From contig CAJINV010000005.1 in the NCBI GenBank assembly GCA_905178155.1, positions 4,505,556 through 4,569,555 of the forward strand: DNA of 64,000 bases. Direction: 5' to 3'. The DNA is from Amoebophrya sp. A120. Its lineage: Eukaryota > Protista > Dinoflagellata. Below are positions 46,877 through 57,607 of this stretch, piece by piece. The stretch's first letter is position 1; each line of letters opens with the position of its first letter. Made by a program: the position numbers and the translations under genes. The notes beneath the pieces were generated by a model. That model was not told the DNA's origin, ran no database searches, and was given only the letters and a program-made list of their open reading frames with translations.

Positions 46877-49800
46877 TCACCACCATGTCGTCGCCTGGTA
46901 TGGTCCCGCCGCCGTGCTCCACCGCCCGAATTTGGACCGCCCCGTGTGGTGGACCTGGGTGTTGTAGGGGAGGGAAGCAAGCGCGCCAGCATGAGAGTCG
47001 TGGACCTCAACATTCCACAAAGAGCAACAGGTGTATGAAGTGGAATTATACCTGTTCGGGTGCCCCCCGTCCCGGGGCACCCGCTCTGGTGTCGTGCCTT
47101 GGTGCCAGCCGCAAATGCCCGCCGTCCTAGCGTGCGGCCCCCATGTCCACGCCGTAGGGGTGTTGCCCTGGTTGTCGTGGTTGCGGCACCAGAGGTCATT
47201 GCCATGTTGCTTCGCCCCAGGAAGCCTCCTGTTGCCTCCTCGGTAGTTCCAGATTTTCCAGAACATGCTGTGTGGTCCCCAACGTATCGAATGACCTGGA
47301 GGTTGTGTGGGGGACGAGCGAACACCGACGCCGGGAGCATGAGAGTATTGCATTCCATGCAGCTCAGAACCACAGCAATTAGAAGTGGAATTATACCTGT
47401 TCGGGGGGCGGCCCCCGCCTTGGGGCGCCCCCGCCCATGTCTCGCGAAGGTGTCGACCGTTTTGCCCCGCCGAAGCGTGCAGTCGGCTGTCCGTGGTGGC
47501 CGTCCAAATGTGGCTGACTTCGACAGCTCGAGGTCGGGCGGACCAGGCGTAGTACAAATGCAGGTCGTGGTCGGTAGCCGGGAAGAAAGGCGCAACATCC
47601 CGGTCAATTTGCTCTCCGCGCGGGTGCTCGTTTCGACGCGGCTGGTGGTAGACCTGTGTGGTCGGTGGTGGAGCAGCGACAGCCAAACGGGAGCATTGTG
47701 GCACTTGATATTCGAACAAGCCATGCGCAACACAGAAATTGTGATTATACCTGTTCGGGCACCCCCCACCTGGAGGTGCCCGGGTCGGTGTCTCGCCTAG
47801 GTTCGTATGGTTTTGTTGCTCCGGCGGTGCAGAGCTTCCACATACCCAGCTGGTGGTGACCTCTTGGCGAGGATGAAAGCTGGACGCGGCCTCCGGCTGG
47901 TCCGAGAGAGAGGATCTTGGTCGCGGGTCTGCTTGTGATGGCAGTGGGACGTCGAGGGTAGCGGGTGACGTTCGGGTCGGATCGTGGGACTGGTCGCGCC
48001 GGCTCTGTTCAGTGACATGTTGAGCGGGGAGGCAAGGATCTGACAACGCAGGGGCAAACTCATGACAGCCTTCACTCCTACTCGTAGTGGGCAAGCAACA
48101 ATCACTATAAGAATACCGGTCAGGACCCCCCCACGCCTCCTCGACAACCCCGCGCCCGCGGTAGTATGAATGGGATGGAGGAAGCGGTGGGCGGAGTCCT
48201 GGTGGCGCTGTCTTTGCGCTGAAAAATTCGCCCGCACCGCCGCCCCCGATATTGTGTGGCTGCGCTTCGCCCTCGGTGTCGCTGTCCCAGTCTGCGTCGT
48301 CATCGAGCTCCCCACCCGGTTGTAGCGTGCGCCGTAGCAACCTGATGAACTCGATGCCCCAAAACGGGTCCTCCTGCAGCGCCGCGGACCGGAATTCGCC
48401 CGGGTTGGACGGGTCTACCGCCCGGAGGTGTTGCAGGGCTGGGCACTCCTGTATCAAGTGCGCCGTCGTTGCTGCCGGTGGGTTCTGTGTCCGCCCTTGA
48501 CAAAACGGGCAGGCGTAGTCTCTTCCGGTTATGTCCGAAACCAGCAGGCCCATCCTTGCCGCGTTGTAGGCGACTTCGTCCGCCCTCGTCGCGTGTGCCA
48601 CGCTGTCGACCGGGTTGGCTGCGAAGTTGGACACCTGTCGGAGTGTCGTGCAGGTCTTGGACCCTCCTGTCTGTTTTCCCTTGTCCTGCAGCTCCTTCTT
48701 TTTTTGCTGCCGCAGGGACCTCGCGACCTCCCGCTTGGCTTGTCTGTGCGTGACCCTCGCACCGACTTGGGTGTAGTCGGTTTGCTCCCTGGCCATGGTC
48801 GCGAGCTTGTCCGCGACCTCGTTGCCGTCCACGACCTTCCTGTGCGACTTTGTGAACACCAACGACAGGCGTCCCGCGGGTCCTAGTTTCTCCAGGGCGT
48901 CCCGTAGTGTTTCGTAGAGCAGCAGGTCACTGCCGTCCCGAATTCTTGGGTTTTGGAGCGCCTCGAGATTGGACTGCGAGTCTGTGACCACGACCGCTGT
49001 GCGGACTTCCCCTGCCGGTCTCTCTGCTACGGTGGCCAGGGCCCCCAGCAGGGCTGCTCGCTCCGCGTCGAACGAGTCCCCGTAGGACGTTGTTGCCCAG
49101 CCGTACTCTCTGTACCTGTCCCACGCGTCTTCGACTACGGCCGCGGCACATTGGAAGTCCTTGACTGAGCCGTCCGTGTACAGCGAGACGTCTGCCGCTG
49201 TGGTGAGTTGTCGCAACTCCTCGTCCGTCGTTCCGGTTGTGCGGACCGTTAGCCTCCCGGCTTCTTTTGCGGCGTGCACTGTGCTCAGGCCGTTCTGCGG
49301 GAGTGCCCCGGGTTCCGCTAGAACCTCACACCCCTCCGGTAGCGCCGAAGCCCGTAGCGCGTCGGCTGCCGCCGTCACCCAGTCGACCTGCCCCGCTGCT
49401 GCTTCAACCTGCTCTCGCAGCGGGTCCGTTTTCTCCCTCGACATGCCTCGCGCTAGCAAAGCGGCTGCTTCTTCTTTTGCCAGGTTTTCGAGTGGTTGGA
49501 GACCTGCCTCATGCAATGCACAGTCGCCGTTCGTTGTCCTCGGGAGCCCTAGTATGCTCCTGGCCGCCTGCTTGTGGAACCTGTCGAGCTCCTGTTTGCA
49601 CTTTTGTGGTAGTGCGAAGTAGTACGAGCCGAGGCCATACCGGAATAAGCTTTCACAGAATAAACGGTAGAAGACTCGGACATCTGCTGTGCGTGTCCAC
49701 GGGAGCCGCGCGAGTGCCCGCACCGCTACCATGCGGCGCCGCAACTTTCCTAGCATTTTCTCGGTGTGCTTGCGAAATCTCATTTCGCGGTCTAGCGTGA

Positions 49801-52633
49801 TCCCTAGGAATTTTGGATGCGACTCATACGGCAACTCGGTGCCCACTCCGCTGTGCGTGTACAGCTTCAGCTCCTTCTCCTCTTGTTGGAAAACCCGCTG
49901 GAGCACCGTTAGTGTGCACTTCGTGGGTGAAAGCGACATGTTGTTCCGCCGGCACCAGTCGTGTAACTGGTCCAGCGCCGCCTGTAGCTTTCTCTCTGTT
50001 TCTTCGGGGTCATCGTACTCGACCGAGATTGCGAGGTCGTCCATGTACAAGAAGACCTCGCATCCCGTGCCCTCCAACACTTCCGCGAGCTCGAAAAAGT
50101 CGCAGAAAACCGTGGGCCCGATGACCGTCCCCTGTGGTACTCCTTGCGGGATTTTGTGCACCTCGCTTCGCCCTCCTGCGTACTCGACGACCCTTGTGCG
50201 GTCGCCGCAAAAGTTCCGCGTCCACCTGACTAGCAACGCGTGTTCTGCTCTTTTGTCCTCCGGGAGGCGCGCGCCATTCTTCAACGCGTGGCGCGCGTAC
50301 TTGTGCCTGTTCACTCGGTCGAAGGCGGTCTCTAGGTCGATCAACACCAAGGCTCTACGCTTGCCGGCGCGGAACGTCTTTTGTGCCCTCGCGGAGAGCG
50401 TGGCGACGTGTTCCGCCGCCCCTCGGTGCTTGCAGTCGCCGTACTGCAGGTGGGAGCGAACTGGCGCCCCTGCTTGTGCAAACAGGAGCCGGGTGCGGTT
50501 TTGGACGCAGCGTTCTAACAACTTGGCCAGGATTGGCGTCAAGGCTACTGGTCGGTAGGAACTCGGTTTGTCGACCGGCTTGGACGGTTTCAGCAGTGGC
50601 TTCAGCAACTCCCGCTTCAACGTTTGCGGCGTTCCTCCGGTGTTCACACAGTCGGAGAAAAAACCGCGAAGAAACTTTTTCCCTGCTGTGGGCAAGTTCT
50701 TAAACTGTGGCCCCTTCAACCCGTCCGGGCCCCCCGCCGACGTTGACGACTGCGAGACCAGTGCTGCTTCTACCTCGTCGAGCGTGAACTCGATCCGTGT
50801 GCTTGGCTTTATCTCCGTGCTGAAGATTTTCTCTGCTTCTCTTTTCGCGGTCTGCTCCTCTGCTTCGTCCAACGTCGGCAAGGAGGCGTAGTGCTTTGCG
50901 AAGACCGTCGGTAACCCTGTGGCATGGGACTCGCCCTCGAACTTTAGCACTTTGGCCGCCCCCGTGACCGGTCTGCCGCCCGCTTCGAGTTCTCGCAACA
51001 GCTGAAAAGCGCCGCTCGTTGTTGCCTGCGCCTTCTCTGCTTTCTCCCGGAACTGTTTGCGCCGCCTCTCGTTCTCTGCTGCCCGCACGGCCCTGGTTGC
51101 TAGCTTCGTCTCCTTCTGCCAGCGGGCTCGCTCGTCCCCGGCCTGTGCTGCGTGGGCCCGGCGGGCGCATTCGTTTCGGCGAACGATTGCGGCCTCGAGC
51201 TCCGTGGGCTCGTGGTGCTTCCTCCGTGGCTTCACTTTCTTGGGGTTCACCGAAACCCTCGGAACGGCCTTGGCGGTCGCCGTTACTACTGCTTTGCGAA
51301 ACAACTCGGCCTGCTTGGTCAGCGGCGTCCCCTCCGTCGGCGCGTTGGCGGTTAGGAAATTCGTAAACTCCTCGCGGTACAGGTCCCAGTCGGCTCGTTC
51401 GAACACCAGCTTCGTCTGCTTCCGCGTTACTACTGTTTCCTTCTGCTCTGACAGGGACTGGACTTGGGTCGGTGTTGGTAGTTGCGGGCCTGCGAAAAAC
51501 GACTGCACCAAGGGAACCGCTGCGACCCAGCTCGCCGCCCACTTCCCTAGCCGAAAGCCCCGGGGCTCGGTCGCCTTGCTGTTTGCTTGCGCCTTCTTTT
51601 CCTTTCTCTGCTTTCTGCGCGCCGCTCCGCTCGTTTTTGACGGCGTTGCGCCCTGCTGCCGGCCTTGCGCGCCTGCTGTGCCGCCCCCTCCGAAGAGGAA
51701 ACCGCCTGGGCCTTTGGTGCCTGTTGCACTGCTGTTTCCCGCGTCTGCTACCCCTTCTGCTTTCCCTGCCTGGTGTGCGGAGCCGCGGCTGCCCGCGGCG
51801 CTGCTCGTGCTGGTGCTGCTTGCCCCCTGGGCTCCTGTCCTCGCTGCCGGTTGCGGGATGCAGAACACCAGCGCGCTGTGGTCGCTCGCTAGTGGTACTA
51901 CTGCCGGTCCGTTTGGCTGCACTGCAAATGCCCGCGCTGCTAGTGAGTCAGACATCAAGAGCCAGTCCGGACTGGTTTCCGAACTGGGTCGCGTTGGCGT
52001 CTCCCGGTTCGCGAATGTCGCGAGGCCTTGGTCTAGTGCAAACTGTTCGACGTCGCTACCCCTTTGGTCGTCCCGCTCCGCCGGTGGAAAAACTGCTGTG
52101 CTGTGGCCGTTGACGTCCCAACTGAAGAAGACTTCGCTCCCGTTCTTGCCCTTCGGCAGTGGCAGCCCCTTCGCCCCGGGGGCGGTGTACACTGCTGCAC
52201 CTGTGAAGGCTGCGTTCTTCGCTGTGCCACTGTAGACGTGTGCGGCTGCTAGGTTGTGCCGGCCTCCTTCTTCCGTGTTCCACTGAAAACCGTCCTTCGC
52301 GTCTTCTGCCTTTACGTTTTTGTGCGCTACTACGGCGGCGCCCCCGTATGTCGCGTTTCCGCCGCTGCCTGACGTTGCGGGGGAGAACGATACCAGCACG
52401 AACTCGTCCCCCAACAAGCGCACGAACTCGCCGAACTCTTCCTCCGTTTCGCACCAGTGCTCCTGCAGGAAGATGAGGGAGCTGTCTACCCCCCGGACCA
52501 ACCTCCGCAGGCCTGGCGCTTTTGCTGCTTTTGCTTTTTCTGAACGGACGCTCTGGCAGTTCCACTGCACTCCCACCTCTCCGGCCCACTCGGTTCGGGA
52601 TGGGAGGTCCGGGATGGCGAAGTCTAACGTCAC
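46877..52633 (-). CDS. Retrotransposon pol: APE endonuclease, reverse transcriptase, RNase H, CCHC-type zinc finger, repetitive C-terminal extension
   Basis: VQWNCQS, LQEHW, DVNGHS, SDHSAL; YRPVAL, DLETAFDRV, GVPQGTVIGP, YMDD, KFLGITLD; YTDGS, AERAAL, TDSQS, GNEVAD; CPFC..HLIQEC. Confidence 0.93.
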   Translation of the reverse strand: MTLDFAIPDLPSRTEWAGEVGVQWNCQSVRSEKAKAAKAPGLRRLVRGVDSSLIFLQEHWCETEEEFGEFVRLLGDEFVLVSFSPATSGSGGNATYGGAAVVAHKNVKAEDAKDGFQWNTEEGGRHNLAAAHVYSGTAKNAAFTGAAVYTAPGAKGLPLPKGKNGSEVFFSWDVNGHSTAVFPPAERDDQRGSDVEQFALDQGLATFANRETPTRPSSETSPDWLLMSDSLAARAFAVQPNGPAVVPLASDHSALVFCIPQPAARTGAQGASSTSTSSAAGSRGSAHQAGKAEGVADAGNSSATGTKGPGGFLFGGGGTAGAQGRQQGATPSKTSGAARRKQRKEKKAQANSKATEPRGFRLGKWAASWVAAVPLVQSFFAGPQLPTPTQVQSLSEQKETVVTRKQTKLVFERADWDLYREEFTNFLTANAPTEGTPLTKQAELFRKAVVTATAKAVPRVSVNPKKVKPRRKHHEPTELEAAIVRRNECARRAHAAQAGDERARWQKETKLATRAVRAAENERRRKQFREKAEKAQATTSGAFQLLRELEAGGRPVTGAAKVLKFEGESHATGLPTVFAKHYASLPTLDEAEEQTAKREAEKIFSTEIKPSTRIEFTLDEVEAALVSQSSTSAGGPDGLKGPQFKNLPTAGKKFLRGFFSDCVNTGGTPQTLKRELLKPLLKPSKPVDKPSSYRPVALTPILAKLLERCVQNRTRLLFAQAGAPVRSHLQYGDCKHRGAAEHVATLSARAQKTFRAGKRRALVLIDLETAFDRVNRHKYARHALKNGARLPEDKRAEHALLVRWTRNFCGDRTRVVEYAGGRSEVHKIPQGVPQGTVIGPTVFCDFFELAEVLEGTGCEVFLYMDDLAISVEYDDPEETERKLQAALDQLHDWCRRNNMSLSPTKCTLTVLQRVFQQEEKELKLYTHSGVGTELPYESHPKFLGITLDREMRFRKHTEKMLGKLRRRMVAVRALARLPWTRTADVRVFYRLFCESLFRYGLGSYYFALPQKCKQELDRFHKQAARSILGLPRTTNGDCALHEAGLQPLENLAKEEAAALLARGMSREKTDPLREQVEAAAGQVDWVTAAADALRASALPEGCEVLAEPGALPQNGLSTVHAAKEAGRLTVRTTGTTDEELRQLTTAADVSLYTDGSVKDFQCAAAVVEDAWDRYREYGWATTSYGDSFDAERAALLGALATVAERPAGEVRTAVVVTDSQSNLEALQNPRIRDGSDLLLYETLRDALEKLGPAGRLSLVFTKSHRKVVDGNEVADKLATMAREQTDYTQVGARVTHRQAKREVARSLRQQKKKELQDKGKQTGGSKTCTTLRQVSNFAANPVDSVAHATRADEVAYNAARMGLLVSDITGRDYACPFCQGRTQNPPAATTAHLIQECPALQHLRAVDPSNPGEFRSAALQEDPFWGIEFIRLLRRTLQPGGELDDDADWDSDTEGEAQPHNIGGGGAGEFFSAKTAPPGLRPPLPPSHSYYRGRGVVEEAWGGPDRYSYSDCCLPTTSRSEGCHEFAPALSDPCLPAQHVTEQSRRDQSHDPTRTSPATLDVPLPSQADPRPRSSLSDQPEAASSFHPRQEVTTSWVCGSSAPPEQQNHTNLGETPTRAPPGGGCPNRYNHNFCVAHGLFEYQVPQCSRLAVAAPPPTTQVYHQPRRNEHPRGEQIDRDVAPFFPATDHDLHLYYAWSARPRAVEVSHIWTATTDSRLHASAGQNGRHLRETWAGAPQGGGRPPNRYNSTSNCCGSELHGMQYSHAPGVGVRSSPTQPPGHSIRWGPHSMFWKIWNYRGGNRRLPGAKQHGNDLWCRNHDNQGNTPTAWTWGPHARTAGICGWHQGTTPERVPRDGGHPNRYNSTSYTCCSLWNVEVHDSHAGALASLPYNTQVHHTGRSKFGRWSTAAGPYQATTWW

Positions 52634-54764
52634 CTCCCGCGGCGCGCGCCTCCTGGACGTAGCCCACCTTGTAGTGGGACATCTGCGCCGGGCCCCCGCC
52701 GGTGTGTATCCCTCTCGGGTACGCTGGCAGCATCACGCGCGTGACTTCCGGGTGCTCTTCTGCGGCATGGCTCAACATACCCTTCAGAGCGTTGACCCGC
52801 CCTACCTGGTAGACCCTGTTGGCGTTTGGGTCTTCCCGGCAGGTCGTGCACTCGTGCCTCTTGTCCGGTGTCCCTTTGTCCGGCGTGATGTCGTGGCAGA
52901 GAAGTTCCGTCGTCTTGTCGAAGCGATGGCTGCAGGGCACTGTTAGTGGCCTGCCCCACGCGTCCGTGCCGTCTTCCTTCGCCTGTTCGTCCTGGGACGG
53001 CGCTGGGCGTGCCTTCCTGCTGCTGTTGCTACTGCTCGCAGCCCCCGCGCTCGGGTTCTGCTGCCTCTGTTCTCGCTGCGCTAGCCTTTGCCTGCCCGCA
53101 ATTGCTTCTTGGCTGTTTTCGCCGTAGAAGCGCTCACGGACCTCTTGCTCCGTCAAAACACCCCGGTTTACGAGGCTCCGCTTGCTCTCCCCCGGCATCA
53201 GGTCGACAGCGCCGTTTCTGTGGGTGCGCGTCCACATGATGTCGTCCTCGTCCTCGACCTCTACGAAGGCGGTGCTTGCGCCTCTCAGCGTGTTGTTGGG
53301 GTGGAGCCTCGGCGTTTTGTTTCTCCTTTTTTCCCTTTCCTGCGCCGGCCTCGCGGGCGGCTCCTGCCTCTGCTCTTCCCCTTGGCCTGCTCTTCTTTGC
53401 GACGCCTGTCTCTGTTCTGTCTCGCGGCCGCCGGCTCCTTGTGCTGCCGCCTGGCCTGTGGCTTTTGTTGCTGTTCCCTTTAGCTTTGCCGGAGGGTTGA
53501 CGAGGTCACTGAACCTGGTGGACACGCTGTCTACCGCTTCTGTGACCGTGTGCACCGCTGCCGCGACGTCCGCCGCCGCGCTCAACAGACCGAAGCCCGT
53601 GTTCTGTGCCAACTGCCTGAGCAGCACGGCCGTTTCGCCGCTTCCGTGTTCTTCTTCTCCACGCCTTTCTTTCTCGCGCCCCGTGCCCCGGCTTTCGGCG
53701 GCGGCTGGTGTGGCCTTTTTTTCTTCTTTTTTGGCGAACCCTACTTCTTGTGGGTGCTCTGCTTTTTCGCAGTGTGTGTTCCAGGGGCTGCGCGCGCCTG
53801 TGGCGCGGTCATACACCAACAACGCGAGCGCGGAACCAAAGACCAGCAACATGACGTCGAAAACGTGCACCGTTGTTGCGACCTGAGCCCCCAGGCGGAG
53901 GAGGTGTTCCTCGTCCAGGGTCAGCGCCAGGCCCCTGGCAAGTTTGTCTTCTATCCGCCGCCGGAGCTCCGGCGCGAGTGGCTCCGGCTGTATTAGCCAC
54001 TTTGCCAACAGGGAAACCAGCAGGGCCGAGATTACAAAAACCCCGAGCAAGTGACTGCAGTTATATTCTCTTCGCAAAACTATGTATTTCGTGGTAGCTT
54101 GGGGAAGGGGTGCGGACAAACTGCTGCCTCCCGCCGCTAGAAAACGCCCGTCTTGCCGGAGTGGCACCCTCGTCACTGGCGGCTTCCCGATGTCCTTCGG
54201 ACCGCTCGCCGGTTGCTGCTCGGGGCGCTGCTCCTCGTCGTCGCTACTAGAGTCTGCTTCCGCCTTGTTCCCCTTGCCCGCAGACAACTGTGGCACCATG
54301 GCGCTACGCGGCTGTCCTGGGTAGACAAAAGTTTGCGGGGCTGCAACTTGCGGCAACTGCGTGTAGTGCTGCTGGTTGATCCAGGGGTCGGGTGGGATGT
54401 CTGGTGGGGGGAGCCCGGGCGGAGCTTGGTGCGGGGGCATTGTGGAAACAGGATATTGCTGCTGGCCCCCCCAATAGGCAGTGTTCTGGGCCGCCGGGTG
54501 TCCCTGGTACAGCGCGGCGCCCTCGCGGTGGAATTGCTGCTGGCCGCCCCCGCGGTAGTAGTGGTGCTGCTGGCCGCCGCCATAGAACTGCTGGGCGTAT
54601 CCCTGCGTCCCGTCTCCAGGGTGCCAATTATAGCCGCCCCAGGAAGTGTTCTCTCTCTGGGCGCCATGGCCTTGGTACTGGGGTGCCCTGCCCGCGCTGG
54701 AGTTGCTGGAGCTGCTGCTGCTGCCGCCTCCCCTCGCGATCATCGGGTTACCCGCCCCGCTCAT
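52056..54764 (-). CDS. Retrotransposon ORF1-like protein: G/Q/P-rich N-terminus, two hydrophobic segments, C2H2-like zinc finger; overlaps pol in another frame
   Basis: 902-aa ORF; LLGVFVISALLVSLLAKWLI and VFDVMLLVFGSALALLVY; CTTC...HAAEEH. Confidence 0.65.
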   Translation of the reverse strand: MSGAGNPMIARGGGSSSSSSNSSAGRAPQYQGHGAQRENTSWGGYNWHPGDGTQGYAQQFYGGGQQHHYYRGGGQQQFHREGAALYQGHPAAQNTAYWGGQQQYPVSTMPPHQAPPGLPPPDIPPDPWINQQHYTQLPQVAAPQTFVYPGQPRSAMVPQLSAGKGNKAEADSSSDDEEQRPEQQPASGPKDIGKPPVTRVPLRQDGRFLAAGGSSLSAPLPQATTKYIVLRREYNCSHLLGVFVISALLVSLLAKWLIQPEPLAPELRRRIEDKLARGLALTLDEEHLLRLGAQVATTVHVFDVMLLVFGSALALLVYDRATGARSPWNTHCEKAEHPQEVGFAKKEEKKATPAAAESRGTGREKERRGEEEHGSGETAVLLRQLAQNTGFGLLSAAADVAAAVHTVTEAVDSVSTRFSDLVNPPAKLKGTATKATGQAAAQGAGGRETEQRQASQRRAGQGEEQRQEPPARPAQEREKRRNKTPRLHPNNTLRGASTAFVEVEDEDDIMWTRTHRNGAVDLMPGESKRSLVNRGVLTEQEVRERFYGENSQEAIAGRQRLAQREQRQQNPSAGAASSSNSSRKARPAPSQDEQAKEDGTDAWGRPLTVPCSHRFDKTTELLCHDITPDKGTPDKRHECTTCREDPNANRVYQVGRVNALKGMLSHAAEEHPEVTRVMLPAYPRGIHTGGGPAQMSHYKVGYVQEARAAGGDVRLRHPGPPIPNRVGRRGGSAVELPERPFRKSKSSKSARPAEVGPGGRQLPHLPAGALVRNGGRVRRVRALVGGRVRAGIVLPRNVRQRRKRDIRGRRRSSAQKRKGRRREGRFSVEHGRRRPAQPSSRTRLQWHSEERSLHRCSSVHRPRGEGAATAEGQERERSLLQLGRQRPQHSSFSTGGAGRPKG

Positions 54765-54789
54765 GTAGCCTCCTACCCAATTTAATTAT

Positions 54790-56975
54790 TATCTCCCCGG
54801 ACTATCTGCAAAGAGACCAGCTTTTCAGCAGGTCTCGGGACGGCGACGTACGACAGACCGCGGCGGAAGAGGTGCTGCGGCCGCCGTCAACGAACCGCAG
54901 CGGAATAGCGTCGGCGGAACAAACTTGGAGGGCGAATGTCGGCGTGTGGGGACGAAGAGCTCGAAGCTGGAAAGTACAACGACGTAGATCAGGCCGACTG
55001 GAGATCACCCCGAGGGCGGGAATGGCAGGAAGATCTTGAGCGCGTTTTTGCCAAATCCCGATGCTGTCACCCGCGAAGAGCTCGCCGAGCGCTCACCGTC
55101 ATTTTCCCCTTTAGGCGTTGGAGAACAGCGCGGCGTAGACGGAAATCTCGCAGAGAAACATGCTGTGTGCCCAACTTCCTGCTTATCTCCCCGACCTATC
55201 TGCAAAGCGACCCGCTTTTGTATGTGTGGCTCTCGAGACGGCGATGTGGGACGGACCACAGCGAACGACACGCCACTGCTGCGGAGTTGTTCCTTGCCCC
55301 GCCGGGCTGGCCGAGCGACACGCCCCGCCTTGTTCCCCTCTAAAACTGGGCGTCGTCCTGTTCCCAACTCTGTGACGTGGCTGGCTCTTCGGTAAAATCT
55401 TCACTGTTCCGCGCTGTACGTCTCGCCTTGCCCCACTCTAAAACTAGCGGACTTCGTGTCGCGGTGGCCGGATGAGTTGTTGTTGCAGCGTTCGCACCGT
55501 CGCAAGGATGCGTTGTTGTTGCAGCGTTCACACCGTCGCATTTGAAGGGAAACGGCCTCCAACCCCGGAGAGAGCGTCCGCCAGGCTTTTAAACCTTCTC
55601 CCCCGGAATGGGACGCGGTCGCGGTTATGATTTGCTTGCGGTTTGTCTCCAGACGCGGCGGCACAGTCGATTTTCCCCAAGAAAGGCACTGCCTGGGCCC
55701 CAAAAAATACCGCGTCAGGTCGTGTCTGGAGGAAAACAGACACACTTCCTTGCCGGCGCCGTGCCGTGAGGCCAGCTGGTGACGAAGACGCGGCTGGTGC
55801 TGGTGAACTACTGAGCCGCTTCACGGAAGTGGAAGTGCTGCTGGGGGCGAGCTTGGGTGCCGCCGTGCCGTCGCGACGGTGCTGCAGGATCTTTTTCTTG
55901 TCTCGCACCGGGAGAGCGTTTTTATGAAGAGAGCGTTTCTATGAAGTTTTTTTTTGAGCGCAAAGCCGCTAGAGTAAACATACAAGCTTTTCACTGGGGA
56001 GCTAAGTTGTGCTGCCGCTTGTGTCTGAGCCGTTTACGACTAAAAACTGCTGACTTCCGACTACTGCTGTGTTGCTTTTTCCCGGTTTTTCTCCTTTTTC
56101 CCCGCTTTCCGGTGGTTTGGTTGAAGCCGAGTGGATGGATACAGGTCGTAAACTGGCGTCCCGGTGTTGCTGCTCGGTCCGCGTCGCCTGTTTGTTCGTT
56201 CGTCTTCAGGATCAGGCTTTGCGCTGCTTCGCAACACCCGAATAAGCCTGGAGATCTGCTCGCGCGATGAATCCTTCCTACGACCAGACCTCTGCTGCTG
56301 CGAGCGTACGGCTGTTGCTACTGAAGATGAAGATCGACGGGGAGGCACGCTGCTACTGACTGCTGCTTCCTGAAGATTACTACGGCGCTTTGGAGCCCGA
56401 TCGCCTCGCTGGAGCAACAACTGCTGAGGAAGGTGGACGAGAGCAACGTGCGCGGAAGAAGAGGCCCGGCTTAATGACAGGCGCGCTGGACCTGTAAAGC
56501 GTCCCACTGGGTGGCGCGACACGTCTCGCCTTGTTCCGCTCTAAAACTGTAGCGCTGTTGCTTGCCTTCCTTGGGTGACGCGAGTATCATGCGCGGAAGA
56601 AGAGGCCCGGTGGGATGAAGGACATGTTCCAGCCGAAGCGCGACGTTTTTTGCCCACCCCGCTGGGTAGCCCGACGCGTCTCGCCTTGTTCCACTCTAAA
56701 ACTGCTCGTCGACATGAAAAATCTTCGCCGCTTCACTTCTTCTTCGTTCGCCTCGCCTTGTCCCACTCTAAAACCCCTTCTGCTTGCTCGTCTTGGGTGA
56801 CGAGAGTAGCGCGCGCGGAAGAAAAGGCCCGGCGGGGTGAAGGACGTGTCTCGCGGCACGTCTTCAGACGCGGCGGCACGGTCGAATTTCCGCCAGAAAC
56901 GCGCTGCCGGATCCCCAAAAAATACGGCGTTGGGTCGTGTCTGAAGGGAAACAGACACACTTTCTTGCCGGCCGC
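54790..56975. repeat. Mosaic of dispersed imperfect direct repeats
   Basis: ~54790-54880 resembles ~55185-55270; ~55649-55757 resembles ~56865-56972; CGCCTTG..CC.CTCTAAAAC occurs five times between 55326 and 56776. Confidence 0.75.
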
Positions 56976-57607
56976 GGGAGGAGGGGTAATGGGGATGGAT
57001 TCGCTTATGTGGCGTCGCTTCGTCTCCCCCGCTTTTGCGTGTGGCTGTTTTGTCCCGACGGTATTGCAGGAGCTAGGCGCTAAAGGCGAAACCCAATGCG
57101 GCCGGAGGCCCAGGTGGATTCGGCGCCGGAGAACGTCCGATCTTCGTCGCGGAGTCGAGATTTTGCCGGATTTCCGGGAAAAATCCTGCGAAATTTGCCT
57201 CTCCCGACTACAAACGGTTGCTTCGGCGCCCACGTGTCAGGATGACTGCAACAAGCGTTGCGGAGCGGATGTCCAGACGCGTGCCGCGGGAACACCGACC
57301 TCGCTCCAGGTCAACCGCTCGTCTTCCGTGGTTTTTGCCGCCCTGCCACCCCCAGTCTCGCCGACGACCACGTGTTGTCGCCTGCTGATCAGGTCGTCTG
57401 CCGGTAGGGTGTTGCCTTTTACCGTCTCCTGGAAACTCGGAAGAACGGTAGATCTGGTAAAAGTGAGGCGGTGACGAAGGCCTGGCACAGCGAGCGATCC
57501 GTCTTGCTGGCACTGGCTTCTGCGGGCAGGACAGCGGAAACCCCGGAGAGCGTCCTGCGGGAAGGGCAACGGAAAACCCCAGAAAGCGTGCTGCTCCTCC
57601 CTCCGCG

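Noticed and set aside
55326-56776. Five copies of a GTTTTAGAG-containing motif on the - strand, resembling a Cas9 CRISPR repeat start
   Set aside because: Irregular spacing, degenerate copies, related spacers, no cas genes, eukaryotic context
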